A DNA stretch of 64,000 nt from Felis catus (Eukaryota): the NCBI RefSeq assembly GCF_018350175.1, contig NC_058368.1, positions 161,264,001 through 161,328,000 on the forward strand, written 5' to 3'. Below the pieces are notes generated by a model, which was given only the letters and a program-made list of their open reading frames with translations, was not told the origin of the DNA and searched no databases. The first letter of the stretch is position 1. Every line of letters begins with the position of its first letter. Below, piece by piece: positions 50,205-63,467 of the stretch. The translations under genes and the position numbers were made by a program.

Positions 50205-51049
50205 AAATCTATTATATTTCTAAGGTAGTACTTAACTAAGAACTCTTAGGTTTTCAAGTGTTCCCTAATTTACATGTTTGGTGACTCCTCCCTTTGACTT
50301 AAAGATCAGAAAATGACAAAGTTGAAGAAGTAAAAATGATTAGTGAAAGCAGGTCAAGTTTCAAGCAAAGACATTAATTTAGTCTTTTGGAGACCTAAAG
50401 TCAAAGTATAGAAAGAATTTGACTGTGGGGCAGAGAAGAATAAGGCCCTTCATCAAATAAAATAATGTCTCAAAGATGTGTGAGCTGATGAAAATTGTAG
50501 AAATCAGGGCTGATATTCAGAAGCTAGCTGAAAATAAGTGAAAAGGCAGGGGAAAAAAAGGAAAGAAAACTGCATCCTTTCTTCTTCCAGCCATAGACTC
50601 CAAAAGAGGAATTTTTAAATTGAAGATGCTGCTCTCAAATGTGCTTAACATCCAGAGTGTAACTGAATTTTACTCTTCTTTAAGACACTTATTGTAAACC
50701 TTCCCATACTCCACATTTTATTAGATATAGTTGGATATTATCTTATAAAATGTTTGAATCCAAGTTATAATTTAAAAGAAATAGTGCTAAATAACAGGAA
50801 AAGAGGAACAAGAAATTGAATAAATTTAAACACTGATCACTGAATTAAAACCAGAAAGCATGAATAATACTCTGAGAAGAAATGCAACACAGGGAACCAG
50901 ATTCAGGAAAAAAAATGCATCTCTTAGCACTGCTGATTCTCCCTCTAACCAAGGCATTTGAAAGAAACTTAGGTCCTTCTATGTTCTATACACTAGTATA
51001 GCATAGAAAAACAGTAACCTTCTTTATTTCCCTAGGTAGAAAGCCTCAA

Positions 51050-51430
51050 GACCAGGTTTGTTACACTTACACATTTTTCCTTATTATTAAAGGCTTGGTT
51101 TTAGACATCTCAGTACCAGAACACTACAGATAAAAGACTTGTAGAGGAAGTTCAGAGAAGCGTAACAGAAATGATTAAGGGAATATAGGTTCTGACTTAT
51201 GAAAGAAGATTAAAGACTCAAAGTCTCTATAACTGTGCAAAAGGATGACTAAAAGGTAAGATGATAAAAGCCTACAAATATTTGAAAGGTATAAGAACAA
51301 GGAAGACAAAGAATTATTGAGCATTTCAGTGAGGAGATTATTGAGGTATGGTATGAACAAATGGATTGAGTTAAAATGAGAAAATTTGGCCCAAATATCA
51401 TAAAGATCTAAATCTTCCTAGACTCAAGAA
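51050..51430 (+). mobile_element. Ancient CR1/L3-family LINE, ORF2 C-terminal remnant
   Basis: Translation from 51141: VEEVQRSVTEMIKGI*VLTYERRLKTQSLYNCAKG*LKGKMIKAYKYLKG, aligning to the CR1 motif LERVQRRATKMIKGLE.LSYEERLK.LGLFSLEKRRLRGDMI.VYKYLKG. Confidence 0.85.
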
Positions 51431-51501
51431 AAAAATGGCAAGTTCTCTACTTCTGTTATTCTGCTCACCTCTTCCCTGCTGTACCTATGTACACTGATGT
51501 C

Positions 51502-51502
<1 letters not shown>

Positions 51503-51541
<39 letters not shown>
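51503..51541. repeat. (AC)19 microsatellite
   Basis: Directly visible. Confidence 0.98.
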
Positions 51542-51543
<2 letters not shown>

Positions 51544-51744
51544 CTAAAAAGAAACATATAAGAAAGGCTCATTCATAATTGGAATAAGCAGCACAAGACT
51601 TTTCTTTAAAATCTCCATGTTGCTTTTACTTCCAATTTCACAGATTGCTATATGTGCCTCTTAATATGTAAGATTTACAATTCTATGTCAAATAAATCTC
51701 GTGTCAGCCTATGGCATTGGATGAAAAGTAGTACTGAGAAATAC

Positions 51745-53300
51745 ACAGAATCATAGGAATCTGGGCTTATAGGGAAGGGACACCTACTGCTAAATAATCA
51801 GCATCCTGACAAATGACCATCAAACCTCTGCATAAACTCTCTTCTTAAGCAGAAATTTTCGATCACGAAACTGCCCATGTAACCTACCCACTTCTCTGTA
51901 ACAGAGGTCCTTCATTTTATAGAGCTGTTTCTGCCCCACTATACTTTATTATCGTAGATACTAATTCCACTAATTCTGTCCTTAAAATTGTAGAACAAAA
52001 ATGTATTGGAAGGCAGCTACCTCAACACATTCACTCAGATAAAACATTTGCATATTCTTCAATCATTTTTTACATCACATTATTTTGACACATCCTTCTA
52101 TTTTATCATTATCACCTGAATGTGTTCTATTTGTTGAAGTATCTCCTTAAATTTAACACCTGAAAGTTACCAAAATACTGTGGATTTATAGACAAAAACA
52201 AGAATGAACACTACTATCAGTTCATATAAATTATTTCTATTTATGTTTCTAGGAGAATACAGCTTCATAAAGACTAGGCTATCCACTTTCAATGAGATAA
52301 TTAGGATAAATTACAAAAGGATAGGACACAAGTATAAGATCCTCTATGACTTTAAATATTTTTATATGAGATGAGAGTTTTATATTTTTCTATTTTGTAA
52401 CACCTCTATAAATGATAGAAGATGCCTGCCTCTCAGTGGGAAAGAAGTTGTTGCAATCGGAAATCATCTGTGTTTATTATTTCTGTAAGGTGAGGAATTT
52501 GGGAAAGGCTGGAGAAACTTTTTGTGGACTAATAAGTTTTTCTACATCTCCTAAGACAGTGGGTGGGCAGGAGGAGTCAGTCTCTACTGCTTGCAAATAC
52601 ATACATGAAATAATGTAAAGAAATAATGAAAATTATGAATAATACTGTATTCCATAATTTATCATGGATTTCAAGAATAATTTTGAAAAACTTTTTTATT
52701 GGCATACATCTCTTAGTGTTTTGCAAATTTCATTTACTCCTCTGTTAATTGAGGATTTAGCAAAAAACCTGGATTTCCCCCTGACGTTTGGACCAATAAT
52801 TCATTTAAATTCCCCATACCGAGTTAATTAATGGCTGACTAAAATATCTATATCTTTGCCTAAATTCTGGCACTGGTATTTATTCAGTTTTTTTCAGTGT
52901 AAACAGACGGTCTTATATTCATTTCTGTTAAGTTTCATTTCATCGAATTCAGATTTTTCCTTTTCTCTCTACAGTATTTCTGGATTCTGTCTCTATAACA
53001 ACATTATCATATTGTGACAAATTCTAACAAAATTTGGTACACAAAGTTTTATAAATCTTCACTCAAATCATTCAGAAAAAAATGAGTAAGAGAGTCATGA
53101 TAAGCTTTATACTATTAGAAATGTTTTTTCCAGGTAGGACATCAATCAATAAATTTTGGATATCATTACTAACAACTGATTTTCATTAATCAGTTGTTAG
53201 CGACAATCAATTGTTAATTCATCTAGTTGCCCTAATATCTATCACATATGGGTATTATCTACCTAATACATAAGATCTCATGAGATAACTCATGAATAGA
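51745..53300 (-). mobile_element. L3/CR1 fragments (51745-52240 and ~52830-53300)
   Basis: Begins cagaatcataggaatc (antisense CR1 tail); catcaaacctctgcataaac and tcttcactcaaatcattcagaaaaaaatg resemble antisense L3. Confidence 0.55.
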
Positions 53301-53629
53301 AGAAACGGTCATATGGTGTCCTTCACCCATTGGACAAATGATTTTTTGTTTTTTTGTTTTATATTAAAACTAGAAAACTTATGTCATAAATCAGATATTT
53401 TATAAATATGTTTGTTATAACCATAGAGATCCATAATTTATAAAATACATTTGTATATACATACAGGTATATATTTATACTAAATATATACAGATTCATA
53501 GGCATAAGTAGGTTATCTTCTATATATTCACAAAACTTTACAAATTTACTCTGATATATATGTATTACATCTAGAGCTATAAGATATTCAATTTTATCAT
53601 GAGAAGATATTATGCTGGAACTAAAAACT

Positions 53630-53810
53630 GCAGCATAATATAGATTAAGAAGACAGAGTTCAGGTCAGGTGTTTAGAATTCTGGCTCTGCCACAATTAGT
53701 AGTTTAGGATGAGTCATTCATCATACTTGGTCTCAGTTTATTCATAGATACAATGAGAAAACATCATTAGATCATTTCTAAATTCTCTTCTTTTTCCATA
53801 TATTCTATGA
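53630..53810 (+). mobile_element. MIR
   Basis: aattctggctctgccacaattag...tctcagtttattcatagatacaatg. Confidence 0.65.
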
Positions 53811-55910
53811 GATCTAAACTTATGTAAACTACTCATATGTTGAGTTCCACTCATCTGCAAAAGATTGTTTTGAAAAAACATTATAGTATTATTGATAGTA
53901 TTTTTAATGTAAATACTACCATTTTGAAATCTATTATTGTTTATTCTGTTCAAATGCATTACTATTTCAGTCTTGTGTTTTTTAGTTGAATATGGTGAAA
54001 TTTTAAGTACCTTAGTTAATTATCCTTCCTTGAAACTTGAATACTTAGTTTTAATAACCACTATGGTTTTCCATTTTGTCTTTTTTTTTTCCTGCAATAG
54101 ACTTTATAATACTCAAACTTTAAATGCCTTTGGCCTGAGAAAATGATATTTATCAAGTATTGAATTGTGTTGTTCCACCAATACTATTTTCAATTGCAAA
54201 AACATCACACCATCTTGGCATCCCAAATAAAATGAAATATATTTGCTTTTGATGAAATCTCTCTTCAAGTAAATGACCTAGAAAAATGCAGAAATTGTAG
54301 AATGGTATATATAATATAATCATAAATTTCTTCTGTCTAATCAGCTCTATAAGATTTGGAGAAATCAAAACTGACACTGGCTGATTCTTACTCACCCACA
54401 TGAATACTCCTTCCTGCTACAACATTTTGTTGTAATTCATCATGGTGCTTATTTTGTAGGCAGCTTAGTTTAAGTAACACTATAATGTCCTTTGAAAAAA
54501 TTTAAAAAAAATTGAATCTACTGCTTGTTTACATTTTCTCTGTTCTTCTATACCTTAATGATATAACCTTTAAACCATAAATTTAAACAATACTAAGGAA
54601 GTGAAAACCACTGCAGCTATCTGTGACATTCTAAGTGACTATCATCCCAATTAAATCCTCATGTGTTGAGTGGCATCAGAAAAATGGAAGAACAGAAAGT
54701 CTTCCACTGATACTCTCTCCAATATCCAACAATAATTTGGTAATTCATGGACAAAAGTGACTTTGTGGGAACTTTGAGATGCAAGTAAGAGATGGTGAAA
54801 CCTCACCAGAGCCCAAGACTGAAGAAGGATGTTTTCAGAAGGCACACCCACGCGCAGGAGAAAGAATTACAGATTACAGTCCTAGCTGCAAACACAGAAA
54901 CAGCTCTGCTCCACTGTGGGTTCAGCTATAGCATGTTTAGCCTTTGTCTTGCCACCAGCAAAATCTCGCCAGGAAATTGCCAGGAGTCATACCTATCCAT
55001 GCTACAGATAACAAGCCCTCTAATCTTGGTCCCAATTGTAGACCCTGAAATGGCCTAAGGCTTGACTTTAGCCACTTTTGGTCACCAGTCACACCTGCAT
55101 ACTGCTCAGGGACAACCCATGAAATACATGTCAGTTCAACTGCCAATCCCAAAACTTGGCTCCAGCTCCTCTCTTTCATAGGTAGAGAACACTCCTTCCC
55201 CCTCAGGGATCTACCAGGAGGCATACCCACCCAAACTCCAAAGATGGGCCCATCAATCTCAGTCAAACCATAGAACTTCAAGCAGTCCCGTAACCAGCTC
55301 TAGTCCCTTGTACTTATAGTCACACAATAATCTTGACTGCCCAGGCATCCACTCATCTTTGTTCCAAGAGGTAGGCCCACTGACCTCAGTCCCAATAGTG
55401 GATGCTGAAGCTGCCCTGTAATGGTTCCAGCCCCTCTCAGTCATGTTCCAGGGCTAATCCTGCCCACCTAGGATGCTGTCCAGTAATCTTTCAGAAGTCC
55501 ACCCAGAAACTTGTCAGGAGCCACAACCATCCATGCACCAGGTAACAGACCCACTATCTGCAGGTCTTGAAGTGGACACTTGTCCAGTCCTGTTGGAAGA
55601 CCTGTTCACCCAAGGACCAGAGATGATCCATACCTGCTCAGGACCCAGGTAATAAGTTCTCTAAACACAGACTGTAGTTCAGAACCAGCCACAAGACTTA
55701 GCTTCAACCTTGCACAACCTAAACCAGTCTGTAAGATTGCAATAAGTGTGCTCCTTCAAATGCACAGACACCAACACAAGGCTACATCGATCACAAAGAA
55801 TCAGGCAAATGTGACACTGACAAAATAAACTAATATAAATCTCTAGTAAATGACCTCAAAGAAATGGAGATCCATGGGTTGTCAGATGTCAAATTAAAAA
55901 TAATTATCTC

Positions 55911-56115
55911 GGGGCGCCTGGGTGGCTCAGTCGGTTGGGTGTCCGACTTCGGCTCAGGTCATGGTCTCACGGTTTGTGAGTTCAAGCCCTGCATCGGCCT
56001 CTGTGCTGACTGCTCAGAGCCTGGAGCCTGCTTTGGATTCTGTGTCTCCCCCTCTTTCTGCCCCTCCCCTGCTCATGCTCTGTCTCTATCTTTCAATAAT
56101 GAATAAACGTTAAAA
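55911..56115 (+). mobile_element. Can-SINE (SINEC_Fc-type) in old L1 ORF1
   Basis: Full SINE; TSD aaaataattatctc / aaaattattatctc. Confidence 0.96.
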
Positions 56116-56519
56116 AAATTATTATCTCAAATGAGCTCAGTGAGATGCAATACACATACACAAGTAAGAAAAATCAGGAAAACAATGAGTAAATAAAATG
56201 AGAAGTTTTATATAGAAATAGAACCACAAAAAAGAATCAAACAAAAATCCTAAAGCTGAAAAATACAATGATAAAGCTGAAAAAGTCAATAGAGAACCTC
56301 AATAGCACACTCAGTCACATAAAAGAAATAATAAAAATAAACCCTCAAATATAAGCCATTTGAAATTGTTAAAGAAATAAAAAGAAAAAAAGAATGTAAA
56401 AGAGTACAGAAAGGATGTGGGATCTATAAGATATTATGGAAAGAACAAATTTATACACATTTTTAGAGTTCAAGAACTATAATAGAAAATAAAGGTTAGA
56501 AAGCATATTAAAGAAACAT

Positions 56520-56735
56520 GGGGCACCTGGGTGGCTCAGTCGGTTGAGTGACCAGCTTTGGCTCAGGTCATGATCTCACAGTTTCTGAGTTCGAGCCCCA
56601 CGTCGGGCTCTATGCTCACAGCTCAGAGCCTGGAGCCTGCTTCTGATTCTGTGTCTCCCTCTCTGTCTGCCCCTACCCCACTCATGCTCTGTCTCTCTGT
56701 CTCAGAAATAAATAAACATTTAAAAAAAATAAATA
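56520..56735 (+). mobile_element. Can-SINE (SINEC_Fc-type) in old L1 ORF1
   Basis: ggggcacctgggtggctcagtcggttgag...aataaataaacatt. Confidence 0.96.
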
Positions 56736-57750
56736 AACAATAGCTGAAAACTTCCTGAATCTTGGGAGAGATGTGGACATACAGATACATGAAGCTCAAA
56801 GGACCCAAGCAAAAGTGACCCAAAGAAGATTATCCCAAGATACACTCTAATCAAACTGTCAAAATCCAAATAAAAAAGAGACTTTTGAAAGCAGAAAGAG
56901 AAAAGTGACTTTTCACATGCAAGGGCACCCTCCTGCCACCAAGGATTATAGTACATTTCTCAACAGAAACCTTGCAGGACAGGAGTGAGTGGGGGATATA
57001 TTCAATGTGCTCGAAGAAAAAAAGAAAACACCAAACAAGAACATTATACCTAGCAAAGATGTCTTTCAGAAATGAGGAAAGGTAAAAAATCCCTTAACAG
57101 ACAAAAGCTGAGGGAGTTCATCACCACTATACCTGCCTAATAAAAAAATGTGAAAAGAAGTTCTTCAAGTTGAAACAAGGACACTAACAAACAATATGAA
57201 AAATATAAAATTATAATAAAACTCAGAGGTAAAGGTAAATACATAGTTAAATTCAGAATACTCAACTACTGTCATGATGGTATATAAATCACTTGTAAGT
57301 CTTAAAAAATGGAAGTATTAAAAAACAACTATAGCCATGCTAATTTGTTAAAAAAAAAAACAAAATAGCCACGCTAATTTGTTAACAGATGCAAAATATA
57401 AAAATATGTAAAATGGGACATCAAAAGATGAAAAAGTATGAGGAGGAAAGTATATGTATAGAGTTGTTTGATTTGTTTTGGTTTTGCCATTGAACTTAAG
57501 TGGTTATCAGCTTGATATAGACTATTGTAAATAGAAGATATTTTATGTAAACCTCACAGTAACCACAAAGAGGAAACCTCTAGTAGACACACAAAAGAGA
57601 AAGAAACAGAAGTCAATACATGTCACCACAAAGCCCCAACAAATCACAAAGATGAAATGGAGAAAGAAAAGAACAAAGGGAATTCTAAAAGCTGTAAAAC
57701 AATTAACAAAATGGCAGTAAAGTCTGTACTCACCACTAGTTACTTTAAAA

Positions 57751-58022
57751 AATTTTTTTAACGTTTATTTATTTTTGAGACAGGGAGAGAGCAGGAATCA
57801 CAGAATCCGAAGCAGGTTCCAGGCTCTGAGCTCTCAGCACAGAGCCCAACGCAGGGCTCAAATTCATTAGCTGTGCTATCATGACCTGAGCTGAAGTCGG
57901 ACACCCAACTGACTGAGACACCCAGGCATCCCTTTTTTTTTTAATTTTTTTTTAATGTTTATTTATCTTTGAGACAGAGAGAGACAGAGCATGAGCAGAG
58001 GAGGGGAGAGAGAGAGAGGGAA
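57751..58022 (-). mobile_element. Composite: full Can-SINE (57751-57932) joined to a 5'-truncated SINE tail (57933-58022)
   Basis: Both parts lie within one 21-bp TSD, tcaccactagttactttaaaa (57730-57750) / tcaccattagttactttaaaa (58023-58043). Confidence 0.93.
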
Positions 58023-61000
58023 TCACCATTAGTTACTTTAAAAGTAAATAGATTAAGTTCTTCAATCAGAAAACACAGAGTGGTGGAATAGATAAAACAA
58101 ATAGTATTTAACAATATGAAATCTAGAGGAGACTCACTTTAATTTTAAGAGCACACATATACTGAAAGTGAAGGAATTATAAAAGATATTTTGCTAATTG
58201 TAACCAAAACAGAGCAGGGGTGCCAATACTTGTTTATATTAGTAGAATAGACTTTCAATAAAAATCAGTCACAAGAGTCAAAGAAGGTCAGTATAAATGA
58301 TAAATGGGTCAATTCATCAATAGGATACAACCATTGTAAATATATATGTACCCAACAATGGAACACCTAAATATATAAGTAAAATATTAATAGAACTGAA
58401 GAGAGAAAATGACAGCAATATAATAATAGAAGGCGACTTCAATACCCCTCTTTCATTAGTGTTTAGACCATCCAAACAGGAAATCAATAAAGAAACAGAC
58501 ATTATCTATAATATTATAGCTCGAATGGATCTATAAATATAAATAGATCATCTGATAGGTATATATAAAACAATCCACCCAACAGTATCAGAATATTCAT
58601 TCTTCTGAAATGCACATGGAACACGCTCCAGCACAGATCATATGTTGGGCTACAAAACAAGTCATAATAAATTTTTAAACACATCAAATCTTCTTTCTTT
58701 CCACAGTGATACGAAACTAACCAATAACAAGAAGGAAACTGGAAAATAACATACATGTAGTAATTACACAACACACTGCTGAACAGCCAAAGAAAGAAAA
58801 GAGAAAACAGAAAGTATCTTGAGACAAATTACAATGGAAATAAAACATACCAAAAACTTATGGGATACAGCAAAAGCAGTTCTAAGAGGGAAGTTTATAG
58901 TGATAACCACCTACATCAAGAAAAAGACTGAAACAACTTAACATTACACTTCAAGAAAAAAGAAAAAAAGAACAAAATCAGCCCAAAATTAGCATAAGAA
59001 CAAAATAATAAAGATTAGAACAAAAATAAATGAAACAGGATTAGAAAGACAATAAAAGTGACTAATTAAAGAGGAATAACATTCATATCATAGGAGTCCT
59101 AGAAGATGAAGAGACAGAAAAGGGTTTATGTGAAGAAGGTTTATGTGAGCAGATTATAGCTGAAAACTTTCCTAATCTGGGGAAGGACACAGACATCAAA
59201 ATCCAAGAAGCACAGAGAACTCCTATTAGATTCAACAAAAACTGACCAACACTAAGGCATATCATAATCAAATTCACAAAATACACAGACAAGGAAACAA
59301 TCATGAAAGTAGCAAGGTGAAAAAAGTCCTTAACCTACAAGGGAAGACAAATCAGATTCACAGCAGACCTGTCCACAGAAACCTGGCAGGCCAGAGGGAG
59401 TGGCAGGATATATTCAATGTGTTGAATTATAAAAATATGCAGCCAAGACTTCATTATCCAACAAGGCTGTCATTCAAAAACGAAAGAGAGATAAAGAGTT
59501 GCCGAGACAAACAAAAACTAAGGAGTTCATGACCACTAAACCAGCCCTGCAAGAAATTTTAAGAGGGACTTTTTTTATGGAGAAAGACAAACAAAACAAA
59601 ACAAAACAAAAAACAAAAGCAACAAAGACTAGAAAGGATCAAAGAATATTACCAGAAAGATCAACTCTACAGCCAACACAAGGGCACTAAATTCATATCT
59701 TTCAATAATCACTCCAAATGTAAATTGGCTAAATGCTCCAGTCAAAAGACATAGGGTATCAGAATGGAATAAAAAAACAAGATCCACCTATATGCTGCCT
59801 ACACGGACTCATTTGAGACCTAAAGACACCTACAGATTGAAAATAAGGGGATTGAGAATTATCTATCATGGTATTGAACATCAAAAGAAAGCTGGAGTAA
59901 CCATACTTATATCAGACAAACTATATTTTAAAAAAGACTGTAACATGAGATGAAGAAGGGTATTATATAATAATTAAGAAGTTATTCCACCAAGGAGATA
60001 CAACTATTGTAATATTTAGAAGCAACCAAATATATAAATCCCTTAATTACAACATAAAGACACTCATTAATAATAATGCAATAATAGCAGGGGGGATTGA
60101 CATCTCACTTACAGCAATGGAGAGATCATCTAAGCAGAAAATCAAAACAGAAACAATGGCTTTGAAAGACACACTGGACCAGATGGGTTTAACAGATACA
60201 TTCAAAACATTTCATCCTAAAACCGCAGTATATACATTCTTCTTGCGTGCACATGGAACATTCTGCAGAATAGATCACATACTGGGTCACAAATCAGCCC
60301 TCAAAAAAGTACAAAAAGATCAAGATCTTACTACCATGCACACTTTCAGACCAAAATGCTATAAAACTTGAAATCAACCACAAGAAAAAAAAATGTGTAA
60401 AGAACACAAACACTGGAGATTAAAGAACATCCTACTAAAGAATTAATATGTTAAACAAGAAACTAAAGAGGAAATAAAAATACTTTGAAGCCAATGAAAG
60501 AAAATATGACAGTCTAAAACCTTTGGGATGCAGCAGAGGCAGTCATAAGAAGGAAGTATACAGCAACTCAGGCCTTAATAAAGAAGGAAGAAATATCTCA
60601 AATACACAATCTAACCTTACACATAAAGGAGGTCAAAAAAGAACAGCAAATGAGGCCCCAAACTAGCAGAAGAAGGGAAAGAATAAAGATTAAATTAGGA
60701 ATTAATGATTAAAAAAAAAAAAACAGTAGAACATATCAATGAAACCAGGAAGTGGTTCTTTGAAAGAATTAACAAAATTGATAAACCTGCAGCCAGATTG
60801 GTCAAAATGAAAAAGGAAAAGACCCAAGTTAATAAAATCACGAATGAAAGAGAAGAGATAACAACCAACACCACAGAAAAACAATCAATAGTAAGAGACT
60901 ATTATGAGCAATTATATGACAACAAATTGGGCAATCTGGACGAAATGCATAAATTCCTTAAAATAATAAATTACTAAAACTGAAACAGGAAAAAATAGAA

Positions 61001-61794
61001 AATTTGAACATAGCCATAACCAGTAAAGAAATTGAATCGGTAATCAAAACTTTCCCAACAAACAAGAGTCAGGGCCAGATGGCTTCCCAGAGGAATTCTA
61101 CCAAACGTTTAAAGAATAGTCAATACATATTCTTTTGAAATTGTTCCAAAATATAGAAGTGGAAGAAAAGTTTCCAAACTCATTCTATAAGGCCAGCATT
61201 ACCTTGATTCTAAGACCAGACAAAGACACGACTAAAGAGGAGAATTATAGACCTATTTCCCTGATGAACATGAATGCCAAAATTCTCAACAAGATTCTAG
61301 CAATAAAATCCAACAATACATTTAAAAAATCATTCACCACAATAAAGTGGGATTTATTCCTGGGATGCAGGGCTGGTTCAATATCCACAAGTCAAACACA
61401 TGATACATCACATTAATAAAACAAAGGTTAAGAACCATATGATCCTCTCAATAAATGCAGAAAAGCATTTTACAAAATGGAACATACTTTCTTGATAAAA
61501 ACCCTCAAGAAAGTAGAGATAGAAGGAACATACCTCAACATCGTAAAGGTCATACATGAAAGACTCATAGCTAAAATTATCCTCCATAGGGAAAAACTGA
61601 GTTTTCCCTCTAAGGTCAGGAACATAACAGGGTTGCCCACTGTCACCACTGTACTCTCAACATAGCTTTGGAAGTCCTAGCCTCAGCAATTAGACAACAA
61701 AAAGAAATAAAAGGAATCCAAATCAGCAAGGAAGAAGTCAAAATTTCACTTTCCACAAATGACATGATACTCTATGTGGAAAACCTTAGACATC

Positions 61795-61795
61795 A

Positions 61796-61863
<68 letters not shown>

Positions 61864-61865
61864 AA
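61795..61865. repeat. Perfect (AAAG)17 tetranucleotide microsatellite inside L1 ORF2
   Basis: Directly visible. Confidence 0.98.
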
Positions 61866-63348
61866 CGCTAGAACTGATACATGAATTCAGCAAAGTCACA
61901 GAATATAAAATAAATGTAGTGAAATCAGTTGCATTTATACACAGCGATAATGAAACAGCAGAAATAGAAATCAAGGAATCAATCCCATTTACAATTGCAC
62001 CAAAACCCATAAAATATGTAGGGAAAAACCTAACCAAAGAGGTAAAACATCTATAAACTGAAAAATATAGGAAGGTTATCAGAGAAATTAGAGACACAAT
62101 GAAATGGAAACGCTCATGGATTGGAAGAACAAATATTGTTAACGTTTCTATACTACCTAAAGCAATCTACACATTCAATGAAGTCCCTATCAAAATAACA
62201 ACAGCACTCTTCACAGAGCTAGAACAAACAATTCTAAAATTTGTATGGAACCAGAAAAGACCCCAAATAGCCAAAGTCATGTTGAAAAAGAAAACCAAAG
62301 CTGGAGCCATCACAATTCCAGACTTCAAACTGTATTACAAAGCTGCAATTATCAAGACAGTATGGTACAGGCACAAAGACAGACACATAGATCAATGAAA
62401 CAGAATAGAGAACCAGTATGGACCCACAAACATATGGCCAACTAATCTTTGACAAAGCAGGAAAGAATATCCAATGGAAGTCTCCAGCAAATGGCGGTGG
62501 GAAAACAGGACAGCGACATGCAGAAGAATAAACCTGGACCACTTTCTTACACCATACACAAAAATAAACTTAAAATGGATGAAAGACCTAAACATAAGAT
62601 AGGAAGCCATCAAAATCCTCGCGGAGAAAGCAGGCAAAAACCTCTTTGGTCTTGGCCGCAATGACTTCTTACTCAACACGTCTCTGGAGGAAAGGGAAAC
62701 AAAACCAAAAATGAATTATTGGGACCTCATCAGGATAAAAAGCTTCCACACAGCAAGACAAACGATCAGCGAAACTAAAAAGCAACCAATGGAATGGGAG
62801 AAGGTATTTGCAGATGACATATTAGATAAAGGGTTAGTATCCAAAATCTATAAAGAACTTTTCAAACTCAACCCCCAAACAACAAATAATCCAGGGAAGA
62901 AATGGGCAAAAGATATGAACAGAAACTTTTTGAAAGAAGATATTCAGATGGCTAACAGACAAATGAAAAGATGCTCAACATCATTCATCATCAGGGAAAT
63001 ACAAATCAAAACCACAATGAGTTACTACCTCACACTTGTCAGAATGGCTAAAATGAACAACTCAGGAAACAACAGATGTTGGTGAGTATGAGGAGAAAGG
63101 GGAAACCTTTTGTGATGCTGGTGGGAATGCAGACTGGTACAACCACTATGGAGAATGGTATGGAGGTTCCTCAAAAAATTAAAAATAGAACTACTCTATG
63201 ACCCAGCAATCACTACTAGGTGTTTATCCAAAATATACAGGTATGCTGTTTCAAAGGGGCACATGCACCCCAATGTTTATAGCAGTGCTATCAATAATAG
63301 CCAATTATGACAAGATCCCAAATGTCCATCAGCTGATGAATGGATAAA

Positions 63349-63350
<2 letters not shown>

Positions 63351-63396
<46 letters not shown>

Positions 63397-63467
63397 ATGT
63401 GTATATACACACACACACACACATATATATATATACACATATATATACATACACACACATACATACA
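63351..63467. repeat. (TA)n/(CA)n compound microsatellite near the end of L1 ORF2
   Basis: Directly visible. Confidence 0.95.

Noticed and set aside
106..56823. Many similar 60-135 aa ORFs ([16 protein letters not shown]..., ...GSGHDLTVREFEPR...)
   Set aside because: They are reading frames through Can-SINE bodies, not a gene family.
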